Assembly (NCBI GenBank): GCA_963704645.1
Contig: OY969926.1
Coordinates: forward strand, 576,001-640,000
DNA from: an uncultured bacterium
GTDB lineage: Bacteria; Patescibacteriota; JACMRA01
DNA length: 64,000 nucleotides
Reading direction: 5' to 3'
Shown here: positions 9,079 to 19,520 of the stretch, in pieces
Numbering within the stretch: the stretch's first letter is position 1
How the letters are laid out: each line of letters starts with the position of its first letter
Made by a program: the position numbers and the translations under genes
Notes under the pieces: generated by a model
The model's database searches: none
Told to the model about the DNA's origin: nothing
Seen by the model: the letters and a program-made list of their open reading frames with translations, nothing else

Positions 9079-12000
9079 ATGAACAAAGATAAATTAAACT
9101 TTTTAAAACACAATTGGCAGAAAAGTCTATCTCCATCAATTACTATCTTTCTAACAACATTAACCATCCTAACCCCAATACTCTCACTAACAACAAGTGC
9201 TAAAATTACTTTTAATAACTACGATGAAAGTAAAATTAAATATTCTAAAGATAGGCCTACTTCTAAATTCAAATCTAATGAGGCGGGTTTCGTCTCTACA
9301 TCAAATGCCTCTGGAGACCAGGGTGTCTCCGCTACACAGGAACAAACTCTCGAGACATCACCAACTCTTCCGCCTAACAAATTAACCATACAAGCCACAG
9401 GGTGTTATTACATTTCAAGAATAAGTAATGATGGTGCGGGGGGTAAGTTGTATTTAACGGGAATGAGCGAAGACGTCTCAGATAAACTAATTTCAGACAA
9501 TTACAATAACCTTACTACAAAACCAAACTTTATTCTTTTAGGAAACTTCCTTTCAGGCCAAGATCTAATTCTTAAAATAACTCCCTTCTACTCACAATCA
9601 CCTAAAACCATTCTTTCTACAGATTCCAGTAGAGTAAAACAAGTAAACTTAGGAAACAATAGCTATTCTCTTTCCTTTGAAGATTGGTTAGACTATGACT
9701 TTAATGATATTGTGCTTAAAGTAGAGAAGGGTATTTGTGAAGGTGAGGGCGAACCTGAGCCTCCAAGTAATCCAGAGCCACCTACTACGCCAACTCCTCA
9801 GCCAACAATTCCTCCAACTCAGCCAGAAACTCCGCTAACCCATCAAGAAAAACAAAAGAGACTGGAAGAATGGAAAAGACCAGAGCCTCAAACTCCTATT
9901 AGGCCTACAATACCTACACCTAAACCAGCACTTCCACAGGTTCCAGTAACTTCTCCAGTAATTATTGATACTCCTCAACCAGTAACTCAAACTCCAATAA
10001 TTCCGCCTTCTGAAGCCACTCAATCCTTAGTGACTAAAACTACACTTGCTCCAACCACTTCCCTTGCTACCACCACCCCCACAGTCCAACCCCTAGCCAT
10101 AACAGGAACTCCCTTATACAACGAATGTAACTACCCAGAACTTCCCTATGATAACTGGTGTGCTCAATATTACAACAACAATCCTTATTCTGGAATAATG
10201 TCTTATTCTGAAAACTATTATCCTGCTAGAGATTCTCTTGGAAGAACAGATTACATTAACAAAGATTGGGGTTATGGTAACCCTGGAGGAGTAACCCCCT
10301 CTGATTACTTCTCAGCTAAATTTAGTAAAAAACAATGGTTTGAATCAGGTCATTACAAATTCTATACAGGTTACGACGATGGAATGAAATTAGTTATTAA
10401 TGGAAACATTGTAATAGATAAATGGGAAAACCCAGCCGCAGATACTGACACCAGAATAGATCTACCAACAGGCTGGCACGTAATGGAAGTATACTATCAA
10501 GAAAAAACAGGAAGTGCTAAACTAACCCTTTCTTGGGAACTAGCATGTAAAACCAATAATAACTTCTCAGACTGGTGTGTAGAATTCTACCCTAACAAAT
10601 ATCAAACAGGAATACCTGTAAAACCAGTAACCAGACTAGGGGACTTTTGGGATGATAACTGGGGGAATAATAATCCTACTGTAAACTTAACTAAGGGAGG
10701 AATAAATTCTTTTTCAGGAACTTACCTAAACTCACCTTCAGGAATAAGCTCCCTTCCAACAGATAACTTTTCTGGTTACTTTACCAAAATGCATTATTTC
10801 CCGGCCTCCACATTCACTTTCATTTCAAAGGCTGATGACGGAACTGAAATTATATTAGACGGAACTAGGATAATTAATCAGCCTGGGTGTTGCTCTGAAA
10901 CCAGAACAGACAGATATCTTACTGAAGGTTGGTATCTTCTTCAAGTTAAGTTTAGGGAAGATGCTGGACAGGCCGCTTTTGCTTTGAGGTGGGAGTATAC
11001 AGACAGTATAAAACCTGATGGAAGAATAATAAACCCAAGTGCAAACTATCAAACAATTACAGGAAACAACTTTACAGTAAAAGCTGAGGCTTGGGATTTA
11101 TCTACACCACAAAGTCTTGTAAGCTATGTAGATTTCTACGCCTACTACGACAGTAAATTATTATTCCTTGGTAGAGAATACAACGACAATGTGGATTATC
11201 TTTATTCAGCCAACATTGATCTTACCAAAGTATCTAGCTCTCAGAATATTGAGTTTAGTATAAATATTACAGACAGAGCGGGCAATGTTAAGATTGGTGG
11301 GTGGGGTAGTGTTTGGGGGAGATTTAATAAGAATCTTTCGCAGGCAGAAAGTTTAATTAATGATGGGTTGTATAATTATTTAGCAAAGAGAGAGTGTACA
11401 GCATCGTGTGATACGGAAATTCAGTTTCATGCTAAAATGGTTTTAGCAATATGGACAGCAACGACAGGTCGAAACCCATCAACAACTTTTCTGTCCTGCC
11501 AAGATTTAAACTACCTACAATCTTTTCTAAATAATAAGAAAAACTCTAATTGGTATACTTCAGATGAGCCAAAAAGATTGTTTTTAAATGCTGTATTTGT
11601 TTTAAATGAAAGAACTTTAATGAATTCCTACTGTAAAAATACAATGGAAGCTTACGTAGCAAGTGCTAATTTTATTGCTCTATCTTGGCAAAGTACCAAT
11701 AACAAGGACAGATTTATTTACGATCTAGGAACAGTTTTTGCCAATAGACCCGGTAAAAATTGCATAATAAGTATAGATGGGTGTAATGCAGGTACAGTAT
11801 ATGAAGAAGCCTACCATATAGTGGAATTTCATGGCTCTTCTGGTTACAATTATATTTTTGATGATGAGGGGACTAAATCTAACCTTGCATGGCATAATAC
11901 TGGTGGAGGAATAAACTTTGCGTATGCAGGTGATAGCCAAAACTCGGTTGGTTATCCTTTTATTGGAGTAAACTTACCATTACCTTTATTTGGATCCAAT

Positions 12001-12312
12001 GAATGGTGGTTAATGTTCCACGAAGCTTATAAAAAGAATACTTTTGTACCTCCACAGTTTTATAGGACTTTACCAGACCCTGCAGAGAATGGTTCAAGCT
12101 GGATGGATTTATTTTCTAGTTATGAAGCCATAAAATTAGGCAAAGATCTAAGAGAAAACAGAGTAAGCGTTTCAACTTTTGCCAATGAATACAAAAATAG
12201 ATTTAGTAAGACACATAACGTCTGTAATGAGTATGTACCTCGAGTTCCCATCGATAGACTTTATTGGGATGATGTGACTTGTAACACAGTTCCAACCAGA
12301 TTAAAAAATTAA
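9079..12312 (+). CDS. Large secreted PA14-domain protein, putative polymorphic toxin/effector
   Basis: Signal peptide; FEDWLDYDFNDIV (DUF4114-like); Pro/Thr linker; two PA14 domains (DDGMKL, ADDGTE); Ig-like segment; distinct C-terminal domain after about 11320. Confidence 0.7.
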   Translation: MNKDKLNFLKHNWQKSLSPSITIFLTTLTILTPILSLTTSAKITFNNYDESKIKYSKDRPTSKFKSNEAGFVSTSNASGDQGVSATQEQTLETSPTLPPNKLTIQATGCYYISRISNDGAGGKLYLTGMSEDVSDKLISDNYNNLTTKPNFILLGNFLSGQDLILKITPFYSQSPKTILSTDSSRVKQVNLGNNSYSLSFEDWLDYDFNDIVLKVEKGICEGEGEPEPPSNPEPPTTPTPQPTIPPTQPETPLTHQEKQKRLEEWKRPEPQTPIRPTIPTPKPALPQVPVTSPVIIDTPQPVTQTPIIPPSEATQSLVTKTTLAPTTSLATTTPTVQPLAITGTPLYNECNYPELPYDNWCAQYYNNNPYSGIMSYSENYYPARDSLGRTDYINKDWGYGNPGGVTPSDYFSAKFSKKQWFESGHYKFYTGYDDGMKLVINGNIVIDKWENPAADTDTRIDLPTGWHVMEVYYQEKTGSAKLTLSWELACKTNNNFSDWCVEFYPNKYQTGIPVKPVTRLGDFWDDNWGNNNPTVNLTKGGINSFSGTYLNSPSGISSLPTDNFSGYFTKMHYFPASTFTFISKADDGTEIILDGTRIINQPGCCSETRTDRYLTEGWYLLQVKFREDAGQAAFALRWEYTDSIKPDGRIINPSANYQTITGNNFTVKAEAWDLSTPQSLVSYVDFYAYYDSKLLFLGREYNDNVDYLYSANIDLTKVSSSQNIEFSINITDRAGNVKIGGWGSVWGRFNKNLSQAESLINDGLYNYLAKRECTASCDTEIQFHAKMVLAIWTATTGRNPSTTFLSCQDLNYLQSFLNNKKNSNWYTSDEPKRLFLNAVFVLNERTLMNSYCKNTMEAYVASANFIALSWQSTNNKDRFIYDLGTVFANRPGKNCIISIDGCNAGTVYEEAYHIVEFHGSSGYNYIFDDEGTKSNLAWHNTGGGINFAYAGDSQNSVGYPFIGVNLPLPLFGSNEWWLMFHEAYKKNTFVPPQFYRTLPDPAENGSSWMDLFSSYEAIKLGKDLRENRVSVSTFANEYKNRFSKTHNVCNEYVPRVPIDRLYWDDVTCNTVPTRLKN

Positions 12313-12314
12313 AT

Positions 12315-12932
12315 ATGACTACACCCTTCTTTAAAAAAGTTAGACTAATCAACTTCACTAAACTTAGCCTAAGATTAAAAATACTTATTGCAATACTAAT
12401 AATTCCTGTAAGCATATTAGTATATAGAGGGGGAATAAAAGTCTACGAAACTTACCAGATATTATTTGATCCTGAGTTTGTTGGAATAAGTACCAACATA
12501 GATTATTTAACTAGTGAAGGAGGGGGCATGCCTTTTAAGCTAAGTGATTTGTGTATTGTAGACCTTAATGAATATACTTCTACAAGCTTAGCCATACCTA
12601 AAGAGTTAACTACAAAAATTAATCTCTCTCTTACTAAATACAATTTTTTGTTGGTAAATGCAAATACTTATATTATACCTACAAATATAAATTCAGGTGA
12701 CGCTTTAATTTATGTTCAAGATAAAAGTATTTGGGACAATTTAAGTTTAAAGGAAAAAAAGGATATGATTCAACAAACTAATAATAATATAAAAGAATAT
12801 TTTAATAAACCAAGTTATACTACATCATTTGTTACTTGCACTCCAAACAGTAGGGGTTACGGAGATAAAAAATGGTTAGGCTACATTGAAAACTTCAAAG
12901 GAAAAGAAAGAATGTCTATTGGGGAGTGGTAG
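12315..12932 (+). CDS. Membrane-anchored protein, putative immunity protein (paralog 1)
   Basis: Starts 2 bp after the large gene; single N-terminal TM; paralog of 12998-13669. Confidence 0.6.
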   Translation: MTTPFFKKVRLINFTKLSLRLKILIAILIIPVSILVYRGGIKVYETYQILFDPEFVGISTNIDYLTSEGGGMPFKLSDLCIVDLNEYTSTSLAIPKELTTKINLSLTKYNFLLVNANTYIIPTNINSGDALIYVQDKSIWDNLSLKEKKDMIQQTNNNIKEYFNKPSYTTSFVTCTPNSRGYGDKKWLGYIENFKGKERMSIGEW

Positions 12933-12997
12933 GTGTTTTGTGAAAATGTTGAGCTAATTAAAAAGGTGTTGCAACTCCTATAAACAAAATTAAAAAT

Positions 12998-13669
12998 ATG
13001 ACCTTTTTCAATAAATTCAAACTTTCTAACCTTAAAAAACTTAGCTTAAAATTAAAAATACTTATTGCTATACTAATTATTCCTGCAAGTATATTGTTAT
13101 ATAGAGGGGGAATAAAAATCTACGAAACTTACCAGATATTATTTGATCCACAGTTTGCTGGAATAAGTACTAACATAAGTTATTTAACTAGTGAAGGTGG
13201 AGGCATGCCCTTTAAGTTAAGTCCAATATGCAAATATAAATTGTCTGAATATGATTCGATGCGAACGCCAATTCCGCCCGAACTAAATAAAATTATTAAT
13301 TCTTCTCTCTCTAAATATAATTTCCTATTGGTAGATGCCAATGAGTACAAGCCTGAAGAAGTTCCATATTCTGGAGATGCTTTAATTTATGTTAAAGACA
13401 AAAGTATTTGGGACAATTTAAGCTTAAAAGAAAAGAAAAGTATTATTCAGCAAACCAACAATACTATTAAAGAATATTTCAATATACCAAATTACACCCC
13501 ATCTTCTGTTAACCAACAAGGTATGTATAACGAATATTATAATTCACCAGGTTACACCACATCTTTTGTAGCCTGTATTCCAACCAGTACAAGCTATGGC
13601 GATAAAAAATGGCTAGGCTATATTCAAAATATAAAGGGTAAGGAAAATATTTCTATTGGGGAATGGTAA
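12998..13669 (+). CDS. Membrane-anchored protein, putative immunity protein (paralog 2)
   Basis: Shares YETYQILFDP, YLTSEGGGMPFKLS, DKSIWDNLSLKEKK, GDKKWLGYI and SIGEW with the previous gene. Confidence 0.6.
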   Translation: MTFFNKFKLSNLKKLSLKLKILIAILIIPASILLYRGGIKIYETYQILFDPQFAGISTNISYLTSEGGGMPFKLSPICKYKLSEYDSMRTPIPPELNKIINSSLSKYNFLLVDANEYKPEEVPYSGDALIYVKDKSIWDNLSLKEKKSIIQQTNNTIKEYFNIPNYTPSSVNQQGMYNEYYNSPGYTTSFVACIPTSTSYGDKKWLGYIQNIKGKENISIGEW

Positions 13670-13676
13670 AAAACTT

Positions 13677-14177
13677 ATGCTAAATCTAATTCTGAAATAC
13701 TCTATTCCCTTATCCATTATTTTAACCGCAGTATTCCATTTTTTTGAAAGAAGCCTTGGTTCTTCTGATAATGAATTAGAGTTTTGTATAAGAGGCTATG
13801 GCTTTCCATTTATTCATACTGTAAGCAGAAATAGGCTTGAAAACTATTTGAACATAATACCAAACTTTATATTTTTCTTTATAATATCGGTTGTTTTTGT
13901 AATAATTTTGTATAAACTAAAACAAATTATAAAAAATAAAATACTGTTACAAAACTTTGATGTGATTGTCATTTCATTTACAGCACTGATAGTAAATTTA
14001 ATTTATTCCTATAAATATTTTATACCAAATAATTTAGAATGTCATTATAACTATGCAGCAAATGACATCTTTGTTGAAATAGTCTTTAAACAATTTCCAA
14101 TAAGTTTGATGGCTGTAATTTTATTTATTTTCGCTTATAGAGTGGGAAAATTATTGATTGAAAAAATTAAATCCTAA
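13677..14177 (+). CDS. Multi-pass membrane hypothetical protein
   Basis: About 4 TM segments and a RGYGFPF loop; ATG at 13677. Confidence 0.6.
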   Translation: MLNLILKYSIPLSIILTAVFHFFERSLGSSDNELEFCIRGYGFPFIHTVSRNRLENYLNIIPNFIFFFIISVVFVIILYKLKQIIKNKILLQNFDVIVISFTALIVNLIYSYKYFIPNNLECHYNYAANDIFVEIVFKQFPISLMAVILFIFAYRVGKLLIEKIKS

Positions 14178-14242
14178 CTTTTGCAGCTGCAATGGGATTT
14201 TAATTGTAAGAAATTAAAAGATAGTAATATTAATATCTTGTC

Positions 14243-14290
14243 TGGGATGATGTAACTTCTAATTCAATACGAGCTAGATTAAAAAACTAA
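14243..14290 (+). pseudogene. Orphan remnant of the 3' end of the 9079-12312 gene
   Basis: 38/48 nt match to 12265-12312; WDDVTSNSIRARLKN* versus WDDVTCNTVPTRLKN*. Confidence 0.75.
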
Positions 14291-14358
14291 TAATAAAATA
14301 GAACAGCAAGAAATTGGCCGCGAAAGTCTTTAAATGTACTACAAATCAATCAATAAAT

Positions 14359-14760
14359 ATGAACAAATATCGTGAATATATAAATGAAATAGTACAATTC
14401 TATTTAACATTACTAAAATATTTATTTCTAAGCTTAATTGTATTTATTAGTAGCCTGTACAATTTCTACTTAATATCATTTTATTTACCATCCTTAATTT
14501 TGGCTTATCCAGGTATTAACCGCAGGTCTGAATTTAAAATAGAAAACCAAGCTTGTTTAAATTATATTATTCAAGAAAGAGGTGAACCAGATTTAGATGG
14601 TCTTTACATACCGTTTACCATTGGCGTTATAATTGCATCTGTTACTCTTGGACATACACCAGATTTACCTAACAACTATATAGTTACAGTACAGAAATTT
14701 GGGTGGTTTGGTCTTCCTAGAGGCTATACTGTTGTTAATTGTGCAAATTATATAATTTAA
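14359..14760 (+). CDS. Membrane-anchored hypothetical protein (possible orphan immunity gene)
   Basis: N-terminal TM; directly follows the orphan C-terminal remnant. Confidence 0.5.
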   Translation: MNKYREYINEIVQFYLTLLKYLFLSLIVFISSLYNFYLISFYLPSLILAYPGINRRSEFKIENQACLNYIIQERGEPDLDGLYIPFTIGVIIASVTLGHTPDLPNNYIVTVQKFGWFGLPRGYTVVNCANYII

Positions 14761-14837
14761 AACCATTACACTAGTTCAAATTAATATTTTAAACCAAAAT
14801 CCTTGACCAACCTAAACCACCAGCTTAAACCTAAATC

Positions 14838-16535
14838 ATGATAGTTTATTGGCTAAGAAAAGAGTTTAGAACTGGGGATAATCCCGCTTTGTTTCAGGCT
14901 GTAAAAAGGTCTAAAGAAACTGGTTTGCCTTTGCTAGTTTTGTTTTGTTTGGATGATAATATTTTGGATGTTAAAAATAATATTGGCTTTCCACGGCGTT
15001 ACCATTTGTCTAAATTGTTGGCCAATTTTAAAGCTGAAAACCCTTATTTTCAAATTGCGCATCAATCACCGAACTCCGTTTTTGAAACACTTTCTAAACA
15101 TAATAAAATTGAAGTTTGGGCTAACGCCGATGTTGAACCTTACCCAAAACTTAGAGACAAAAGCATTTATGAAATTCTGCAAAAAAATGGAAGTAACATA
15201 ACTTTTGTAGCCGATCAACTAAGTATTAACCCAGAAACTAGAAGTAAGGAAGGTAATTTGTATCAAGTTTTTACCCCATTTAAAAATAATGTTTGGCAGC
15301 AGTTTATTTCGTCTAAAGTTTTACCAGTACCGAATTTTGAAGGGGTGAATTTTCTAGCTTTAAATCCATTAATTTTTAAATTAATTCAAACTGATGATGA
15401 GGAAAATTTGGGTCGCCAATTATCCAATAAAGTCCAAAGCGAAGTTGATAATCAAGATACAGTTTGGCCTATTTCCTCGCTAGCTTTGGATACTAAAATA
15501 TCATCAGCCCAACTAAACTCGAATTTAATTCTACCAAATAAAAACCAAGAAATTTATAATCAAATTCAAGCTAAATTGTGGAAAATTTTGGATACTCCTT
15601 GGACTTTGTGTTACCGAGACAGCTATGCCTCAAATCTAACAGCAGAAGAAAAGTTGCATAACTCTAAAGTTATAAATTTAGACGAAATTTTAACTAGGCC
15701 AAATTTAGACAATTGGGCTACTACAGAAGCTTCAGCTCAAGCCAACGCAATTCAGTTTATTGACTCAAAGTTGAACAATTACAAAGAGGGGAGAGATGAT
15801 TTATCTACTATTGGAACCAGCCAATTAAGCATGGCTTTGAAGTGGGGTTTAATTTCTAGCAGATGGTTAGTAGGGCAAATTAGGCCAACTTTGAATACCG
15901 AAAATGTGGAAACTGAAAATATTGGAGCTACAACTTTTGTTTCAGAATTAATTTGGCGAGAATTTTACAGATATATTTTATGGCATAATCCGCAGGTTAT
16001 GAACCTAGAATTTCAACCTAAATTCACTAAGAAAAATGAAGATGGTAATTTAGTTTCTAACATAAATTGGATTTCTGGAGAGCAATCACATCAACGTTTT
16101 TTGTCTTGGATTAAGGCTCAAACAGGTTACCCTTTGGTAGATGCTGGCATGCAGGAAATTGCTCAAACTGGCTATATGCATAACCGTACCAGAATGGTAG
16201 TAGCTTCTATTTTAACTAAAAACTTGGGTGTTGACTGGCGATGGGGGCAAGATTATTTTAGAGCTTTGTTAATAGATTTAGACGAAGCTTCTAACAACGG
16301 AGGTTGGCAATGGGCGGCTTCAACAGGTGCAGACCCTAAGCCAATTCGTATTTTTAACCCGTATCTTCAAGCCGAAAAGTACGATTCCAAAAATATTTAC
16401 CAACAAAAATGGCTTCCTAAAAATTATACCGCAAACCCAATTGTTCCACATGAACAAGCCAGAAAAGATGCTATGGCCAGGTATGGTTTAGGAGAAACCA
16501 AAAATTTCCAAGAGGGAAGTAAGCCTTTGTTTTAA
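14838..16535 (+). CDS. phrB: Deoxyribodipyrimidine photolyase/cryptochrome family
   Basis: WLRKEFRTGDNPAL; ELIWREFY; TGYPLVDAGM..IAQTGYMHNRTRM; DLDEASNNGGWQW; RIFNP. Confidence 0.93.
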   Translation: MIVYWLRKEFRTGDNPALFQAVKRSKETGLPLLVLFCLDDNILDVKNNIGFPRRYHLSKLLANFKAENPYFQIAHQSPNSVFETLSKHNKIEVWANADVEPYPKLRDKSIYEILQKNGSNITFVADQLSINPETRSKEGNLYQVFTPFKNNVWQQFISSKVLPVPNFEGVNFLALNPLIFKLIQTDDEENLGRQLSNKVQSEVDNQDTVWPISSLALDTKISSAQLNSNLILPNKNQEIYNQIQAKLWKILDTPWTLCYRDSYASNLTAEEKLHNSKVINLDEILTRPNLDNWATTEASAQANAIQFIDSKLNNYKEGRDDLSTIGTSQLSMALKWGLISSRWLVGQIRPTLNTENVETENIGATTFVSELIWREFYRYILWHNPQVMNLEFQPKFTKKNEDGNLVSNINWISGEQSHQRFLSWIKAQTGYPLVDAGMQEIAQTGYMHNRTRMVVASILTKNLGVDWRWGQDYFRALLIDLDEASNNGGWQWAASTGADPKPIRIFNPYLQAEKYDSKNIYQQKWLPKNYTANPIVPHEQARKDAMARYGLGETKNFQEGSKPLF

Positions 16536-16630
16536 AAAGTTAGAAGTAATTAAAAAAACTTGCAGCTATATAAAATGTATGCTTTTAATTTATGAATTGG
16601 ATACTTTATAACAATTTTGGTGAGGTAAAT

Positions 16631-16774
16631 ATGATGCGATGGTTTCTGTACGGTATTTTATTGTGTCTGCTGTGTGCTATTGGAGCTAACTTTATCACTT
16701 GGGCTATGTTTAACAGTATGGAATTACAACCTGCTTCTTCTCAAGATTCTCATGAGGAGGAAATCGTAAAATAA
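16631..16774 (+). CDS. Small single-TM protein
   Basis: GGTGAGGT SD before ATG 16631; hydrophobic helix; hairpin terminator downstream. Confidence 0.55.
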   Translation: MMRWFLYGILLCLLCAIGANFITWAMFNSMELQPASSQDSHEEEIVK

Positions 16775-16782
16775 CAATTTTA

Positions 16783-16813
16783 AAACTCCTGCAAATGTGG
16801 GAGTTCAATTTTT
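16783..16813 (+). terminator. Putative intrinsic terminator
   Basis: AACTCCTGCA-AA-TGTGGGAGTT stem followed by T-rich tract. Confidence 0.5.
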
Positions 16814-16846
16814 GACAAAACTGTATTATCAAGGCTAAATGCAAAG

Positions 16847-17287
16847 GTGATTGGTGAAGTAAGATTATATTTTTTGCACTTGCTGAATAAGCGAGATTAT
16901 ACTATTGGCGAGTTATATAGCAAAGCTTTGGTGCGCAAATATGGTATCGCCGATGTTAAGGAAGCAATCTCTACTTTACAGTCTGAAAACGTAGTAAACG
17001 ACTTTAGATATGCAACTAATTTAGCTGAAGTTTATTTGGGTAAAAAAGGTAAAAGATACTTTGAATTAAAGTTGAAAAAACATCTTTTGCCGCCAAGTAT
17101 TGTTCAGCAAGAATTAGAAAAATTTGAAGAGTTTTATTCGCCAGATTCCAAAAGAAGATTGCTAGAAAAATACAGAAACTTAGATTTCCAAAATTTAACT
17201 TACCCGGAAAAAGCAAAAATTCTTAACTTCTTAGCCCGTCAAGGTTTTACCAATCCAAATCAAATATTACAACAAATTTTAAACTAA
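16847..17287 (+). CDS. recX: Regulatory protein RecX
   Basis: LL.KRDYT..EL; VNDFRYA; KG......KL; K..NFLARQGF. Confidence 0.8.
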   Translation: MIGEVRLYFLHLLNKRDYTIGELYSKALVRKYGIADVKEAISTLQSENVVNDFRYATNLAEVYLGKKGKRYFELKLKKHLLPPSIVQQELEKFEEFYSPDSKRRLLEKYRNLDFQNLTYPEKAKILNFLARQGFTNPNQILQQILN

Positions 17288-17297
17288 AATAATTATT

Positions 17298-17606
17298 ATG
17301 GCCAGAAAAGAAACATCAACAGTTGCCTCATCAGGTACAACAAGCTATCTAGTAGCTGGAATTGGCACCAACGGTGGTGTAACTCCAAGAGATTTTATGA
17401 CAGACACATTTGGAAGATATGAAAATGTTACTGTTTTTGAATGTGATAAGGAAGATTTAGACAAACTTGGTAAAGATTTAAAGTATACCCGAGAGTCATT
17501 TATTGTAATAATCAACGATGGAGATCTTTGGAACTTAGACTCTACTTTAAGGAAAAACCCTTCGATTGATTCTTCACAATATCAATATTTTTTAGTAAAA
17601 GCATAA
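17298..17606 (+). CDS. Hypothetical protein
   Basis: Clean ORF with operonic spacing between recX and eno. Confidence 0.7.
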   Translation: MARKETSTVASSGTTSYLVAGIGTNGGVTPRDFMTDTFGRYENVTVFECDKEDLDKLGKDLKYTRESFIVIINDGDLWNLDSTLRKNPSIDSSQYQYFLVKA

Positions 17607-17636
17607 TCATTCCCTAACATTTACTCTTATTTTTTT

Positions 17637-18899
17637 ATGGCTATAGTTAATTTTCTTCAGGCATCTTGGATTTTAGATTCACGTGGTTTTCCTACGGTGA
17701 ATGTGCAAATTGGATTGGAACAAAACGGGCGAAAGGTTGTTGAAAGTGCTGCTGTTCCAAGTGGGGCAAGTACAGGTTCTCACGAGGCTTTAGAGCTACG
17801 TGATGGTGGTAAAGATTTTATGGGGAAAGGCGTAGAAAAAGCAGTGCAAAATATTAATGAAACTATTTTAAACCGTTTGCATTATCGTGAATTTACAACC
17901 GCTTCTGAAATTGATGAAGCAATTATTGAATTAGATGGAACTGCAAACTTTAACAATTTAGGTGCCAATGCTTCTTTAGCTGTTTCCATGGCTGCACATA
18001 GGGCCTTTGCAAATTTGGCTGGTTTGGAACTTTGGCAATATTTACGCAGAATTTATTTTTCTTATTATCCTGCCAAATCTAGGTTTCCTAAATTAATGTG
18101 CAATGTTGTAAATGGCGGAGCACATGCCGATAATGGCTTGCAAATTCAGGAATTCATGATTGTGCCAAACACTAGAAACCTGCAAACTGACGTTCAATTA
18201 AGCAGCGAAGTTTATCATAAACTAAAGTCTATCTTAAAAGAAAAAGGTTTTTCTACTGGTGTAGGTGATGAAGGTGGTTTTGCCCCTGCAATTAAACTTT
18301 CAACCGAAGTTTTATCTTTATTAAGCAGTGCAATTGAACAAGCTGGATATACTTCCCTAGATTGTAACTTGGCTTTAGATGTAGCTGCAACTGAACTATT
18401 TAACAAAGAAACTGAAAAATATTCTATAGATGGTCAGGAACTTACCCGCGCTGAATTAACAGAATTCTATTCTAATTTATGCGACGAATTTAACCTAATT
18501 TCTATTGAAGATGGTTTTTCTGAAGATGATGTTTTGGGATGGCAAATGTTAACTAAAAAAATTGGTGCAAAAAGAATGTTAGTGGGTGATGACTTATTTG
18601 TAACCAACACTGAAAGATTAGAAAGTATCGGCTTGGCACAAGAAGCTGGTAATTCTATTTTAATTAAACCTAATCAAATTGGAACTATTTTGCAAACTTG
18701 TAAAACAATTGAACTGGCTAAAAATAACAGTTTTGCTACAATTATTTCTCATAGAAGCGGCGAAACTTCAGACACTTTCATCTCCGATTTAGCCGTAGCA
18801 AGTCAAAGTGAGTTTATTAAACTTGGGGCACCTTGTAGAGGGGAAAGAGTTGCTAAATACAATAGATTGCTAGAAATTCAATCTCAAATTGAAAATTAG
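17637..18899 (+). CDS. eno: Enolase
   Basis: ILDSRGFPTV, PSGASTG, GDEGGFAP, LVGDDLF, SHRSGET, RGERVAKYNRLL. Confidence 0.98.
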   Translation: MAIVNFLQASWILDSRGFPTVNVQIGLEQNGRKVVESAAVPSGASTGSHEALELRDGGKDFMGKGVEKAVQNINETILNRLHYREFTTASEIDEAIIELDGTANFNNLGANASLAVSMAAHRAFANLAGLELWQYLRRIYFSYYPAKSRFPKLMCNVVNGGAHADNGLQIQEFMIVPNTRNLQTDVQLSSEVYHKLKSILKEKGFSTGVGDEGGFAPAIKLSTEVLSLLSSAIEQAGYTSLDCNLALDVAATELFNKETEKYSIDGQELTRAELTEFYSNLCDEFNLISIEDGFSEDDVLGWQMLTKKIGAKRMLVGDDLFVTNTERLESIGLAQEAGNSILIKPNQIGTILQTCKTIELAKNNSFATIISHRSGETSDTFISDLAVASQSEFIKLGAPCRGERVAKYNRLLEIQSQIEN

Positions 18900-18905
18900 A
18901 TTTTT

Positions 18906-19439
18906 ATGCCAATAAAGAAGATTGGAGCAAGCTATTTATCAGGAGCATTTTGTTTAATTGTTTCTTTTTTCTTCTTATCCATTGGGTTTCTTGCTCTAGT
19001 TAGTAATCCAACAAACTTACCGGGTATATTTCTATTTTGGGGAAGTTTAACTATTTTCATTTTAGTAATAATAAGTCTTCTTCCAAATTCTACATTTATA
19101 AGCTTGAACAATGAAGGAATACAAATTCATACTTTCTACAAAAACAAGTTTATTTTCTATAAAGATATAGAACTTATAGATATTTATAAAGCTAGAAGGA
19201 GTAGGTCAATTGGTATAAGGTATAATCAAAAATATCTTGAGCATATTAATGCATCGCTAACTTGGCAGAAAAAAGTAAACACTATGCTTTCAGGTATGCA
19301 TGAGTTTTTGCCAACGATGTTCCTTGATTACAATATTGATAAACTAAACTACATTCTAAATAGCTATCTACTTAAATACAGACATTTGCAAAACCCTGAT
19401 AAAATTTTGGATGAAGCTCCAGATTTAAGCACGTTATAA
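18906..19439 (+). CDS. Membrane hypothetical protein (two TM plus PH-like domain)
   Basis: Two N-terminal TMs, then ISLNNEGI...IFYKDI. Confidence 0.6.
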   Translation: MPIKKIGASYLSGAFCLIVSFFFLSIGFLALVSNPTNLPGIFLFWGSLTIFILVIISLLPNSTFISLNNEGIQIHTFYKNKFIFYKDIELIDIYKARRSRSIGIRYNQKYLEHINASLTWQKKVNTMLSGMHEFLPTMFLDYNIDKLNYILNSYLLKYRHLQNPDKILDEAPDLSTL

Positions 19440-19520
19440 TCAATTAAAACCTGTTCACAAAATCCATACCTTTTTAATGTTTGACTAAGCTAAATTTTTG
19501 TGCTACTAAAGGTGGTTAAT

